In this document: positions 51,093 to 64,000 of the stretch, piece after piece
Layout of the letters: every line of letters starts with the position of its first letter
Numbering within the stretch: position 1 is the first letter of the stretch
From: Okamejei kenojei
Taxonomy: Eukaryota
NCBI GenBank assembly: GCA_035221665.1
Contig: CM069142.1
Location: forward strand, 7,316,001-7,380,000
Direction of reading: 5' to 3'
DNA: 64,000 nt
Program-made: the position numbers and the translations under genes
Notes under the pieces: generated by a model
Database searches by the model: none
What the model saw: only the letters and a program-made list of their open reading frames with translations
What the model was told of the DNA's origin: nothing

Positions 51093-54000
51093 AATAGTAA
51101 GATTAAATGAGAACTTACCAGTTTGAAGTTTGATCCTTATTTTATGAGGAGTTACGATGAGGGATTTCATGAAGACCCCGCCAGCACGCATGCGCGACAT
51201 CCTCCGAAAGCAGCGGTGTGAAATCACAGATAGTAGAGTTGACTGAAGAAAGTAAGATAAGAGAACTAACATACTAATTGACCTTATAATAGAGGGTTGG
51301 GAGCGGAGGGCACGAAATCCCTCATCGTAACTCCTCATAAAATAAGTATCAAACTTTGAACTGGTAAGTTCTTGTTTAATCTTAGTATTTTACTTCAGAG
51401 TCACGTGAGTGACTTCGTGAAGATTTCAAAGCTCTGTGATTTCATGCCCTGGAAACGAGTGCATGCTCACACACTGCCATTAATACCATGGAGGAAGTAT
51501 GTTTAACGTATTTCAGACTTGTACAGTGCTGAAAAACAAACAATGTATTATTTAACAATAATAATAATAACCCCATAAATTTGGGGAAAATTATAATACA
51601 GAACTTAAAATTGTGTCTGTAAATATCTCAAACGTGGCCACAGGTTTGTTATAACCGCTGGAAGTCGTTTCATTAGACCAACCCGCTGTTACAAGGGCAT
51701 GGCCCATAGGGACTTCCATCATCCTCACTGCACGATGTAGGTGCAGCCCTTGTGGAATGAGACTTAAAATATCAGTGTCTACCCCTGCTGCACGTAACAC
51801 CACTCTGAGCCATGTTGATATGGTCTGCACGGTACTCTGTGATGAAGATGTTTGAACTTATCAATAGAGCCATTTCCGTTCCCCTGAGACTATTGGTGAC
51901 CTCCAGTTAATGTAGAAGGTGGCTCACTATGCATAGGCGTCTATCTACGGGATAAGCCAGGAACTCCAATTTGAGGCCAGATGACCCAGGCCTGTTTTGT
52001 TTAGGTAACTCATAAATGTGAAAGGTTACTTTATTTTGGGATGTTACACGGTGTCCAGTCTAGTTTGTGCACAGACTGGATCCGCTGCGCCGTTACAAGT
52101 GTCATCAGCATCACTATTTTATACGTGTTGTTAGTGAGAGGGACGTGGCTGGTGCCCAATCTCTGAATAGGTCAGGACAATGACAATATCCCAGGCCCGG
52201 GTATATTGAGGCCTGGGGAAATTTGTGTTAAAATCCCCTCATGAGTTTGACACCAAAGTGTGAGATACTCCTCATGGTGCTCTAGCTCCTGTCGCAGGTA
52301 TGAGGATAGGGCACTTTTTTGCGGAATTGATGCATTATAACTCAAGCCTCATCGAAGTGCAGACTTACAGGAACTCCAGCACAACCGTGATGGTGGCTGT
52401 GTTGGTAAGTTGTGTCTGTCCCTGGTACAAATTTACTCCCATTTTTTTGATATGGGTGAGGTACTTTTCCCTGGTGGGACTCTCTGCATGACTGCCGCGA
52501 TGATATTCAGGTTCGGTCCGACAGCCAATTCCAGGAGAGGTCTTTTCTAAATCTCGCACCCAAGGGTTCATTCGGTCATGGCACGGATGACTCTCCCTTG
52601 TCACAGTGTACACAGCAAAACTCGGGCGTTTGTAGATCGGAATCGATTGCTCTGACCATGTCGAGTCCCATGGGTACCATGGCTGAGTAGGCCACTCGGG
52701 TAACTCCCAAGTACCTGATGCAGAAGTCTTGTTCAATTTTCCGCAACAAGACCCGACTAATGAGGCAGAAAAAGGGGGGATGGGAAAACTGTAAAAAAGA
52801 AAAACACTATCGCCGTTGGGCACCCCAGTGTAGTGAGATGTTCGCATCGCTATCTCAGCCCGCAGGTCTGATTCTCTGCAACATACGTTGGTATCTGGTG
52901 ATTAAGTCTTGAGCATTAAACAATCGATATCTTGCGTTCCATAGCTGAGCTATAATGTCAAGTAAATAACTGATTGGTCCAACACCATTCGGTTTTGGTC
53001 ATTGAATTTGCATGACCTGGTGTCGCCACTGTATTGAGCTTACCCGGAAGGTAAGTAGTTTATAATCCTTATATGTTTCTTTCTATGCACCAGTGCCAGA
53101 TTGTATTGATCAATTCATCACCAGATATCGACTTAAATTTCACCATATGAGTTAATGTATGTCACCACGGTGGTATATATCAATTTTGTAGGTGAACTTG
53201 CAGATGATGCATTCTGAAACAGTAAGCCCAAGTCTGTGAATGCCCCAGCATCTTAGAAGACTGACACCACTGAAGTTAAGGATAACTCAGTGTATACTAT
53301 CTACCACCCAATTGAGGAGGCGTATATGGATGCTCCCTAGCCGTGAGTGCTGGCGTCAGTTGTAACAACACCGAAGGGTTTGTGACTGTGATGGGATTTT
53401 AGACAATTCGAACATTGCTAATCCACCATCGTAATTCCAATCTGCTATGGCTGGTCTGTCAAAATGGCCACATTGGTGTATTTGAGTGGCTGTAGTTTTG
53501 GCCCTCGGTAGATTTTGGAATGTAAAGGGTCCAAATTGTGGCAGGAAAAGTGCAGCCACGACTTTCCCAATTACCCTGCGCTTGTTTTGCGAATAGATGT
53601 TTAACGACGCCAACAAGGCCGTTATATGCCTCTAGGTCAAGTCTGTTGCTTTGTCCTTTGCAAGGTATAGACTTATGAACAGAGTCAATCGTGATTCCAG
53701 AACATAGTCACCGTCGGGGAAAGCATTAACTGGATTGTTGGATGGATAACCCCGATTTTTGAATAGGAGCATTGGTGGCTGAGCGATGTCAATTTAGCAA
53801 TTGCATGGTTATCCCACAATAAAGAAGTCCTCTAGATCTGCCATGACCACATGTTTTTGTTTTTCCGAAAAACGCCAAAGCTGGTTCAATATTTTTGGAA
53901 CAGTCTGGGTTGAGGTTACTCCGATTAGACAGCACTTTATATTGACAGAGCACCGCATCTAGATAAATTTCAAATATCTGTGGTGATCTTTGTCTAATGG

Positions 54001-56180
54001 TTCTGAGTAGTCGCATTTTTTTTCCCATTTTTTAGGCCGAATGCAAGCAAGAATCCCCCCTTGTAAACTAGTTTGATTCGCATAACAAAAAATTTCCATA
54101 TTTTAGTGGGTTGTACGCATCAAAAAGTATTCAATTGTGTCAAATCACATGATATCGGCATCCACATCTTTTTTGTTTTAGGTGAAGATTCTTGATACAA
54201 ACTCAATACTCATGTTTGGTTTCCTCTATTGCTTCCTTTGTATATCGTTTTAACAGTTCGCCAAGACCCTTCCACTTTCTCTTTTTTGTGAAAGCACAAA
54301 CTTTTGCTAGGTGCATGTTGAACCGGAAAGGAGATTTGTCAACAAATTCAATTTTGTATCGCTAAATACTGTGGCAGTATGAAAAGAACAGAAGTTTATT
54401 CCCTGTAAAAGTGTAACCTTCCCCCCACCTGTGAAGACGTTACACAAGCTATGTTCTCGAAGGCAACCGACCCACCTACCTCCATGGTTACCGATGGGAT
54501 GTGTTGGTTTTCTCTTCCTTTGGTTCCCTGGAGGTGAAGGCAGTTGGGTTGTGAGTTGGAGGCACTCTTCCAGAGGCGTTTTTGCATGTCTGTAAAAGTA
54601 CCTTTGTGTAGGTTGTTAGTGGCCTTCGAGCTTTCACCAGCTATTTCTATCGGTGTGATAACCCAGCCTGTTGGTGGATGCGTAGGGGTGCTTGTCGTCC
54701 AAATATGTGAAACAGTAGCGGGGTATCTTAATCATGCCAACGCTATTGTCACTTTGTCAGAGGTCTTTACCTGTTGCAGTGGTCCCCGAATAACAGAGTA
54801 ATGGCTGTGCACCGCAGGTTCTACACACCCCGCAAACTTGGAGTTATAGTGTAGGTCGGATGGCATTCTTCCTGACGTAGTTGATCTCTATTGACCTAAA
54901 CAGTAGTGCCTAGAGCANNNNNNNNNNNNNNNNNNNNNNNNNNNNNNNNNNNNNNNNNNNNNNNNNNNNNNNNNNNNNNNNNNNNNNNNNNNNNNNNNNN
55001 NNNNNNNNNNNNNNNNNNNNNNNNNNNNNNNNNNNNNNNNNNNNNNNNNNNNNNNNNNNNNNNNNNNNNNNNNNNNNNNNNNNNNNNNNNNNNNNNNNNN
55101 NNNNNNNNNNNNNNNNNNNNNNNNNNNNNNNNNNNNNNNNNNNNNNNNNNNNNNNNNGGGTGGGATTGGGAGTAGTAAGGAGGGATTTGAGGGGGGTTAT
55201 GGTTAAAGTGGGAATTGTGTGGGGGGGTGGGTGGGTAAGGGGGATGGATATTGGTGGGGGTTTGTAGGTGGAGTGGTGAGGTTGGTGGGGGGGGTGGGTT
55301 GGGGGTGAGGGATAAAGGGGGTTTATTGGGGGTGTTGGGGGGGGGGGGGGGGGGGGATTGTTGTGGGGTGTATGTAATGTGTGTGTTGTGTTGGGTTTTT
55401 TGGGATGGGGGATGGTGGTAGTTTTTTTAAAAATAGATGTGGATAAATAAGTTGAAGTGTAAAAAATGATTTTGGGTGTGATTTTGTTGGGCAGACTTAT
55501 AAAGTAATGCAGTGGGTCTGCTAGAGAACCCACGTGGACCAGACCCAGCTGGAGTTTGTGTCACGTTAGAGCCAGAGCTCCACATCCGCTCCAACGGGAT
55601 TATCGAGACCGGACCCTGCCGAGTCAACGGCTTGCCCGACTGCCGTGTCCATAGTGCCGCCAGTCCGACGTTCCTGCGGGCTGTATGGCTTTAAGTCGGG
55701 GCTGCCGCTCTCCATTGATACCCGCGAACGGCGAGTCTACTGAGCCCAGGACCCTGCCGGGTCAAAGGCTTGCCCGACTTCCCAGAGCGTTGCCGCCAGA
55801 CCGCGGTTCCTTGCGCTGCGCATTGATTCGGGGCTAGCTGCTCTGCCGTCGCTACCTGCAACGGCGATCTCCGAGCCCCCCCTGCCGGTTAATGGCTTGC
55901 CCTACTTCAAACTTGCCCGAAGTTCTGCCGCCGCAGAACTGCCTGCTTATCCCGCGGTCCCACAGTCAGTCTTTCGAGGCGGCCCTTGGTGGTTATCTCT
56001 GTCCCACAGAGTCCCTGAACGAAAAAAACGACGCTCAGTTAGTATTTCTTACCTGCAGGTTCGTTCCGGTGGAAGGAGCGACCCTCCACCCTGCCTGCGC
56101 TTCGCCTTCGTTCCACGATAAGTGCTCTATGCGTGCTGGCGGGGTCTTCACGAAGTCACCACTTGACTCCGAAGTAAAAT
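51093..56180 (-). mobile_element. Second DIRS1-like retrotransposon (different subfamily), inserted in the L1 endonuclease gene
   Basis: Same terminal and ICR sequences as the first (ICR about 51311-51423); YR remnant 'QTISTWL...AGWSNETT'; AAT at 51093-51095 and 56178-56180; contains an N gap. Confidence 0.9.
54918..55157. other. Assembly gap
   Basis: N run. Confidence 1.
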
Positions 56181-57677
56181 TGGTTCATTACGCACCCCTT
56201 TATATTCCAGCTACAGAACTGAATCCTCCAGTTTTCTTTAGTTAATCTCTTGAATATTGTGATCATGTTAATACCTTTACATTCATATGGAGCAACCAAT
56301 TACCTCAGAACTCTAGGTGATGTTGGGGGGGGTTTGGGTCATCCCCAGCGTTTAAAGTTTGTTATAGTCATCTCACCTTACAAAATAGACTCTTAGAAAA
56401 GACCAGAAGGTGTAATGTTGAAAATGATAATATAAAAAATAAAAAGTGATATAAAGGGGGGAAAATCTAACAATAAGGATATTATAAATTTAAAAATAAA
56501 CCACCAACAGGTGTAGAGAAATACTTTTGACGTTCCGAAGCTGATGTAGGAAAGACATTTCGCCTCTGCCCCCATGACCAATATTATTAAAAGAAGAGAG
56601 GACCGATTCAAAATTAAAAACTAAATATAGATAAAACGCATTTCAAAACTAACTATTTGGAATGTATCTTCAAAAAAAAATATATCATAATTTCCAACAT
56701 TAATATATACTGAAAATATAACAGTAATTAAGGGAGTTAAATATCCATATCCTGCAGATATGCCAAGAATGTATTACATTTCCCAATTAAGTCTCATTCT
56801 TTTGTATTAGACAACACAGGTTCCAAGGGGTTAACCAGATTCAGACCCATGGGGACAATTTGCCAATTATCTGAATACTCCTCCCCCCCCCCCCCTTTAC
56901 GCAACAGTTTAAACCATATCTACTATAAATCCAAAGATTTGTTAGTATTTTATTAATACATCAATCCATTTAACTCATTATTCTTATACTTAGCTAATAA
57001 TTAACACATGAGATAAAAATCAGTCATTATTACGCTATGCTTTAATTTTTACACAATTCTATTAGTTAATATTTAATGTTATAAATAATTGTATTTGTAT
57101 CTTACTCATAAATGTCTGTTGTACAGTCCATTAATATTATTTATTTCCGTATTTCCCAAATATCCGTATTTTTTTTTTCCACCACGTTTTTTCTTGTTTC
57201 CAGTCCTTTGATATTGAAGTTAAACAAAAGTACGTCCTTGGTAACATTTCCAAAAGATAAGGTGACTAGACGGCGCACTCATGAAGAGTCTGCCATCTTG
57301 ACCAGAGCAATCTTTTATATATATTAAAAAAAACAAAGCCCTATTCTTTGCCGCTTCTCCACTGCAAATAGTTGTGGAGACCCGACTCCGATAATAGCCA
57401 CCTGCCTATATGTAATTTGTCAAATTTAAATGCCTCTTCGGATCCGTGAAGGCGCGTTCAACAGTTTATAAGTAAGTAACCGCATTTTTGCTGATATACT
57501 ATTCCTATATCCTACTCCAGAGATTTCTTTTCAATACAATCTTTGTCTTTGTGAACATTTCCCTCTTTTCCATGTATTCAGCTGATAATCACGAAAGAAT
57601 GCTAGCTAATGCCTCTCCAAATAATCAAATTCGATCCATATGAATCAGTTTTCATAATTTATGTTATATTCCACTCT

Positions 57678-60600
57678 CAAGTCTGTTGCTTTGTGACTTT
57701 GGCAAATTGAAAGACATATGAACAGAGTCAATCGTGAATTCCAAACATATTCACCGAAGCATTAACTTGAATTTGTTGGATGAATAAAGCCCGATTTTTA
57801 AATAGAAGCATGGTGCTGATCGCGTCAATTTAGGCCAATAGCAAAGGTTATCCTCCACAATAAGATTTCATCAAGATATGCCAATACAACATGTTTTTTT
57901 TTTCCGAAGAAAACGCCCAAAGCTGGGTTTCAATATTTTTGGAACAGTCAGGGGCAGAAGTAACCATTAGACAGCACATATACTGCCAGAGCTTCCCATC
58001 TAGAATAAAATTTCAAATATCTGCGGTGATCCTTTGTCCTATTGGTTCTGAGTAAAGTAATGCTCTTTTAAGGTCGATGCAAGCCATGAAGCACCCCTTT
58101 GAAACTAGTTGTTTTTTAGGCAGTAACAAAAAAGTTCCCATTTTTAAGGTGTACAGCAACAAAGTAATTCATTGTTCAAAATCAAATGATACGGCATCCA
58201 TCATCTTTTTTGATTATAGGTGACGATGTTAGATACAAACTTCACACTCATGTTTGTTTCCTCTATTGCTCCTTTTAGTATATCGTTTTAACAGTTCGCA
58301 TGACCTTCCTCTTTTATGTTTTTCCCCCCCCTTTCCCTCCTTCTCCCTCTTTTTTTTTTTTATTTGTTTTTTTTATGGTTTTTTTTTTTTTCTTTTTTTC
58401 CTTTCCCCCCTTTTTTGTGAAAGCACAAACCATTGCTAGGTGCATGTTGAACCGGAAAGGAGGGCGTTTGTCAATAAGGATAAATCAATTTTTGTATCGC
58501 TAAAATACTGTGCAGTATGAAAATTCAGATAGTTATTTCCCTGTACAAGTGTAACCTTCCCCAACCTGTGAAGAAGGTTACACATGCTATGTTCCGAAGG
58601 CAACAGAACCACCTACCTCCATGGTTACTGTGGTGCTGTGTTGTTTTCTCCCTTCCTTGGTTCCTGGGAGGTGGAGGCGTTGTGGTGCGGGGTTGGTGCA
58701 TCTTCCAGGAAGGCCGTTCTGGACCTGGCCTGAACAGACGTGTTGGGGCTTAGTGTAGGTTGTATGGCCCTTCGAGCTTTCACCAGCCTGTCCTTTCGTG
58801 TGATAACGCAGCCTCTTTGGTGGATGCTAGGGGTGCTGTCGCCAAATATGTAGGACCTGGTAAGCGGCCGGCACCGTAATCAGCCAATGGCTATTGTCTC
58901 TTTGTCGAAGTCTTTTACCTGTTTGGGCAGGATGGTCCCCGATACAAGTAGGCGGCGTGCACTGCTGGTTCTACACAAACCCGCGAAACTTGGGTTTAGT
59001 GTAGTCAGATGCAATCTTCCTGAAGTAGTTGTTTCTCTATTGACCATACAGGAGAGTCCAGAGCTTCCTGTTGTTTCCTCTGAGATATCTTCCATCTACT
59101 GACCTGGCAAAAGCTGTAAACCCGCGTGCCAGTAAGTTTTAGAGGATTTAACCGCATCACATTGAGGGAAATACGATTCTTGGAGCTAATGAGTTGTTGA
59201 TAATTTAAACTGGCTCCCTGTTGACAATGGTAGCCCATTTTGTGAGGGCAACACAACATGGATGCCACCCGAGTAGCTCCTCTTCTTACACCCCTAGCAT
59301 TTGCATTCTTCTGCCAACACCCCCTCTCAGAGTCAGCCGCATACCTGACTCCTTATGCTCCCTGCGAAGAGGTGAGCATTTGGCTGCCCTGGTAACAGGT
59401 ACTGCCGTGGTCTGCTAGGAGACCCACGGTGACCAGACTCCAGCTGAGTGTGTCACGTTAGAGCCAGTGGCTCCTCATATCCCACCATGCGGGATAACGA
59501 GCCCGGACCCTGCCGAGTTCAACGGGCTTGCCCGACTGCCGTGTCATTGGCCGCCAGTCCGACGTTCCTGCGGGCTGTAGTGGCTTTAAGTCGGGGCTGC
59601 GCTCGCCATGATACACCAACGGCGAGTCTCTGAGCCCAACCCTGCCGGGTCAAAGGGCTTGCCCGACTTCCCAGTAGCTCTAAAAAATAAAGCACCATAA
59701 ACACATTGCCGCCAATCCGCGGTGTTCTTATGCGGGCTGCGGCATTGAAGTCGGGGCTGCGCTCTGCCGTCGCTACCTGCGAACGGCGAGTCTCCGAGCC
59801 CGCACCCTGCCGGGTTAATGGGCTTTGCCCGACATCCAACTTGCCCGAATACTGCCGCCGCAGACTGCCTTGTTTCCCCGCGTCCGCATCATCTTTCGAG
59901 ACGGCCCTTTGGTGGGGTATTTCTGTCCCACAGATTCCCTGAAAGAAAAGAACGACCAAAGGTTAGTTTGTTTCTTACCTGCAGGACCGTTCCGGGGGAG
60001 GACGACCCTCCTCCCTGCCTGGTCGCTTCGCATGCGGTCGTCTATATGATGCGCTTGCGTGCTGGCGGGGACCTTCAAGAAGTTACTCACGTGACACGAA
60101 GTAAAATATGTTTAATTACACCCTTATCATTCCAAGCTACAGAACGTGAATTCCTCAGTTTTCTTTAGTTTATCGTTTTGCATTGTGAATCATGTTAATA
60201 CCTTTACTTCAAATGGGTGCAACCAAGTACCTCAGAACTCCTAGGTGATGGGTGGCTTCATCCCCAGCTGTTAAGTTTTGTTGGCATCTCCCCTTTCAAA
60301 ATAAACCTTAAAACAGACCAGAAGGTGTAAAGTGGTGAAAAGAAATTAAAAAATAAAAAGTGATATTATATAACTAAAGATAAGGATATATAAATTAAAA
60401 AAACCGGCCAACAGGTGGTAGAGAAATTCTTGTTGACTTCCGTACTGTATGTTATACATTTTCGCTCTGCCCCCTTGACCAATTATTATTAAAAGGAAGA
60501 GAGATGATTCAAAATTATAAATATTAATATAAGATAAAATGAATTTCAATCTAACTATTGGAATTTTATCTTCAAAAAAAATCTATTAATAATTCCAACA

Positions 60601-61516
60601 TTAAGTATATACTAAATATAACGGTATTATAGTGAGTTATTATTATCCATATCTGCCGATATGCCAAGAAATTATGTAACATTCCCAATTAAGTCTCTTT
60701 TTTTGTATTAGAAACAGCGGTTCAAGGGGTTAAAACCAGATTCAGACCCTTGGGACATTTCCAAAGTTTTGAATCTCCTCCCCCCCCCCCCCTTACGCAC
60801 GTTTAAACCAGATCTACATATCCCAAATATTTGTTAGTATTTTATTAATACTTATCAATCATAGTTAACTCATTATTCTTATTACTTGCCAAATAATTAA
60901 CATATGAGATATAAATCTGTCATTATTACGTGTGTTTAATATTACAAATTCAATTAGTTATATATTTTATGTTAGTATATAATTGTTAGTTCTTAAGTAT
61001 AAATGTCGGTGTTCAAGTCCATTAACATTATTTTTCCGTATTTCCCAAATTTCCGTTTTTTTTTCCACCACGGTTTTTCTTGTTTTCCAGTCTTTGAATG
61101 TTGAAGTGAAATATGTTCGACCTTGAGTTAAACATTCAAAGCTAAGGTACTAGACAGCGCTCATGAAGAGTCTGCCATTTGACCAGAGCAATCTTTTTTT
61201 TACAATATATTAAAAAAACAAGTCCTTTTGTGAGTTATCCTCTTGTATTGTTGAGGGAGACCGACTCCGGATAATCAGTCGGCCTCCTTTATGGTAATTT
61301 GTGATATTAAATGCCTTTCTGGATCCGTGAAGGCTCGTTCAACAGTGTTATAAGTAATCCCATCTTTGCAGGATATACTTTCCATATCTTAACTCAGAGA
61401 ATTCTTTCAATACTTCTTGTCTTTGTCTTTTCCATGATTTCAGCTGGATAATCAGAAAAGAATGTTGTTTAACCTCACAAACATAAATTCGATCCATATG
61501 GAATCAGTTTCTAATT
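57678..61516. repeat. Second, indel-rich copy of about 53636-57660 (DIRS 5' half ending 60107, plus L1 spacer/ORF1 end); probable assembly artefact
   Basis: Colinear repeat around the 54918-55157 gap with scattered 1-bp indels. Confidence 0.8.
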
Positions 61517-62454
61517 TCTTCAGGGTAGAGGTGTCTTAATATTTCACAATAATCTGTCTTGGGTGGGCTGACTCAGGCTTGTTTGAGCCTTACATCCGAT
61601 CCGATGAGCCACGACTATTCTCGGGTTCAGGACAGCTTATGTACTTGTTTAAGTTAAGGTTGACAGCAACTCTGAGGGTTTTACCCACTCTCCTTTCCCT
61701 CTTTTACTCCAACTATTCTTAAATTCTGTCTCCTCGATCTCGTTCCAAGTCCAGATATTTATTCATCATTTTATCAAGTCCCCAGTATTTCTTGTTCCTA
61801 TCTGGTCTCTTTATATCCTTAGACATCTCCGTTATCGTATTATCCATTCTTCCATAAGCAGAATCGTAGATTAAGCATTGTATCAACTTCTTATTACAGT
61901 CTTTTTTAAACTGCTTTTATTTTTGTTTAAATCCTCTCAATCTTGCAACACTTTATTTTAGTTATCAATTTTCCGCATCAACTCTCATTACCGTGTTTAA
62001 TTTTTTCAGAGATCTTTGTCGTCGAAGTTCTCCCTATGTATCATTTAGAAATGTTTTCAGTAACTGAAAGCAGTTACTGAAGCTGTTTATGAACTTCTCA
62101 GTTGTTCCATCTGTTTATCTTTGAAGTCATTTCTTAGAAGGATTTGGAGGAGTAGCTTCTATTTTGAGCTTCAGCTGATGTTCGAGCTGGGTTTGAGGAG
62201 TTTTTTCCAAGTTTTTTCGGGTAGAGTCTTGTAGCGGTCTTGCGCCAGCTTTAGAGGCTTCTGGGAGGTTTCCTCTTTTCATTTAAAACTGCGGTAATCT
62301 CGTTTTTTCGCGTCGATTTCTGATGATGTCACTTATCGATGTCAAACAGTAAGTGAGTATTTTTAGATCGGTCCCGTCTCTAATCGGCTTTTTTCAAGAT
62401 TAGCGGAAGCAGAGCTCGATGCTGCACCTTAGTTGTTCATGGCGAGGAAAGTTT

Positions 62455-62845
62455 CCTATTATCACATTTTAAATTATATCCGATTTTATAAAGATTAGGA
62501 TTAAAACAATGTAGGAGAGCCTAAATATTTATAAAGTAAGTGGAGTAGAATGAATTTCTCCCGAAAACTATGGACGTACCTCCCCTTTTTATCTGTATGA
62601 TATTCTTTAATTTGAATGGTATACCTTTACGATAATAATAGCCGTGCTCTAGATTTAGAGTTAATGAAGAGTAGTATGTTTGCCCGATCAAATTTGTCTT
62701 CAATCTTTATCGTGTTTGATGTTTCAGATGTGTACTGTGAGTGTTTTAATTGGGCAAAAAATCTTACCTTTTAATTAGTTCATTAGCGCCCCATATATTC
62801 AGACAGAACGTGGATTCCTCCAGTTATCTTATGTTTATCATCTTG
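62455..62845 (-). mobile_element. L1 endonuclease fragment (uninterrupted homolog of the DIRS target site)
   Basis: Homologous to 50865-51095 joined to 56181-56260. Confidence 0.8.
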
Positions 62846-64000
62846 CATTGTAAATCATTTAACCATATAACACATACAGCACGGAGACAGGCCCTCTGGC
62901 CCTTCCAGTCCGTGCCGACCATTTTAATAGATATACCTTTAAGTCATATCGAGCAAGCAGAAATTTTGGAGCATTTTTGCACCCAAATTTATATTTCGAA
63001 ATATTTGGTTGAGTATGAGTGGGTGGAATGGTGATGCTTGGGGTCATTGGTGTATCATTTATTAAATCAGAATTGAGTTGTCTTTTTATATAATCAAGTT
63101 GTATGTAAAATGTTATGTAAAAGGGGTTTTTTTAATTAAAGGAGCATGCAAAACTGCAAAAAATTTGCATTACTAAAACCTTTTTGTAGAAAAAGTTTTG
63201 TGTGTGGCTTTGATAGTCTGTTATGTTTCACCTGTGTTAGTTTGTTGCCCCAATAAAAATGTAATGCACAAAGAAAGTCACAATTATGGAATTCAATATT
63301 TTTCAGTATTGCTATCATGGGAAAGAAAGCAGTTCCAATTGTTGTATGATTCATAGGAGGAGAAAATAGTAGCTATACAACCTACCTTAAAATTGCAATT
63401 CACTAAACATAAATCTCGCTCCCTCCCCCTTCCCCTCACTCTCTCTCCCTCCTCCATCTCCTCAGTCTCTCCCCCCATCTCCACTCGGCAAAACCCCTCC
63501 CTCTCCCTGCTCCCCCTCTCCTCCCCACGCAGTGAGTTCGACTCCATGCGAGACACCGTCAGCCCCCTCGATCGGAGAAACGGGCATCCAGCATCGAATA
63601 TTCCATACTTACTGGAGTCGAGGAGGAGTGTGAGGTGATTGTGTGGAGTGCAAATGGAGATTGGAACCCACGGGCCCACTGCGCGGGGAGACAGCGTCAC
63701 TTTGACGGCGCTACTGAGGTCACCAGCTCCCCCATCTGCGCAGGCGGGATGGTCGCTATTTATTTCCAAAACTTCAGCGGGCCGGGACCAGAAATTTCGG
63801 GTAATTTATCAAGTGAAAAAGTGTTTGGATCCAAACTTTTTTTTTTTCCTCAGGATTTTTTTTAACTGGGGAAAAAACACCTTGACGGAGGCCCCCTAGA
63901 TTTTGCGGCCTAGACTACAGCTACAAAAGCTTGAGCAAGCTATAGTGTGAAATCGCGGCGGGGTGGGTGAGTGATGTATGTTATCTGCTGTGAGATGCTT

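Larger units (their letters stand above)
44207..62450 (-). mobile_element. L1-clade LINE (ORF1, spacer, deleted ORF2) carrying nested Gypsy and DIRS elements
   Basis: T-rich tail 44207-44234; ORF2 C-terminus 44557-45830; EN 50460-51095 continuing at 56181; ORF1 C-terminus 'YPAK...FTDPE' near 57440-57510 and 61310-61380. The 5' limit is approximate. Confidence 0.75.

Noticed and set aside
62960-64000. Possible DNA-transposon or gene fragment at the window end
   Set aside because: No termini, TSD or protein motif that I can support.

Overview
Repeat-dense vertebrate DNA, almost certainly from a cartilaginous fish (inferred from HE1/V-SINEs, HER1/CR1-type LINEs and Penelope fragments). One host gene can be assembled by hand on the + strand: a B7-family HHLA2 (B7-H7)-like gene. 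Its exons are leader 27855-27912, IgV 29605-29931, IgC 36433-36717, IgV 39060-39365 and TM/short tail 41965-42089; all introns are phase 1 and the protein is about 366 aa. A near-identical copy of the 5' part of this gene (leader and first IgV exon) occupies 1-5496 and ends exactly at a DIRS1-like tyrosine-recombinase retrotransposon. The rest is nested mobile DNA: two DIRS1-like elements with ITR/ICR structure, a Tc1 inside an L1 inside a DNA transposon with an 8-bp target-site duplication, a Gypsy LTR element and a DIRS inside a second L1, non-autonomous Helitron ends carrying minisatellites, Penelope fragments with minimal hammerhead-like motifs, MITEs, SINEs and CR1/Rex pieces. Four N gaps are present, and two indel-ridden tandem repeats around gaps (about 7870-13156 vs 13680-19040; about 53636-57660 vs 57678-61516) look like assembly artefacts. 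Most ORFs in the supplied track are spurious or repeat-derived.
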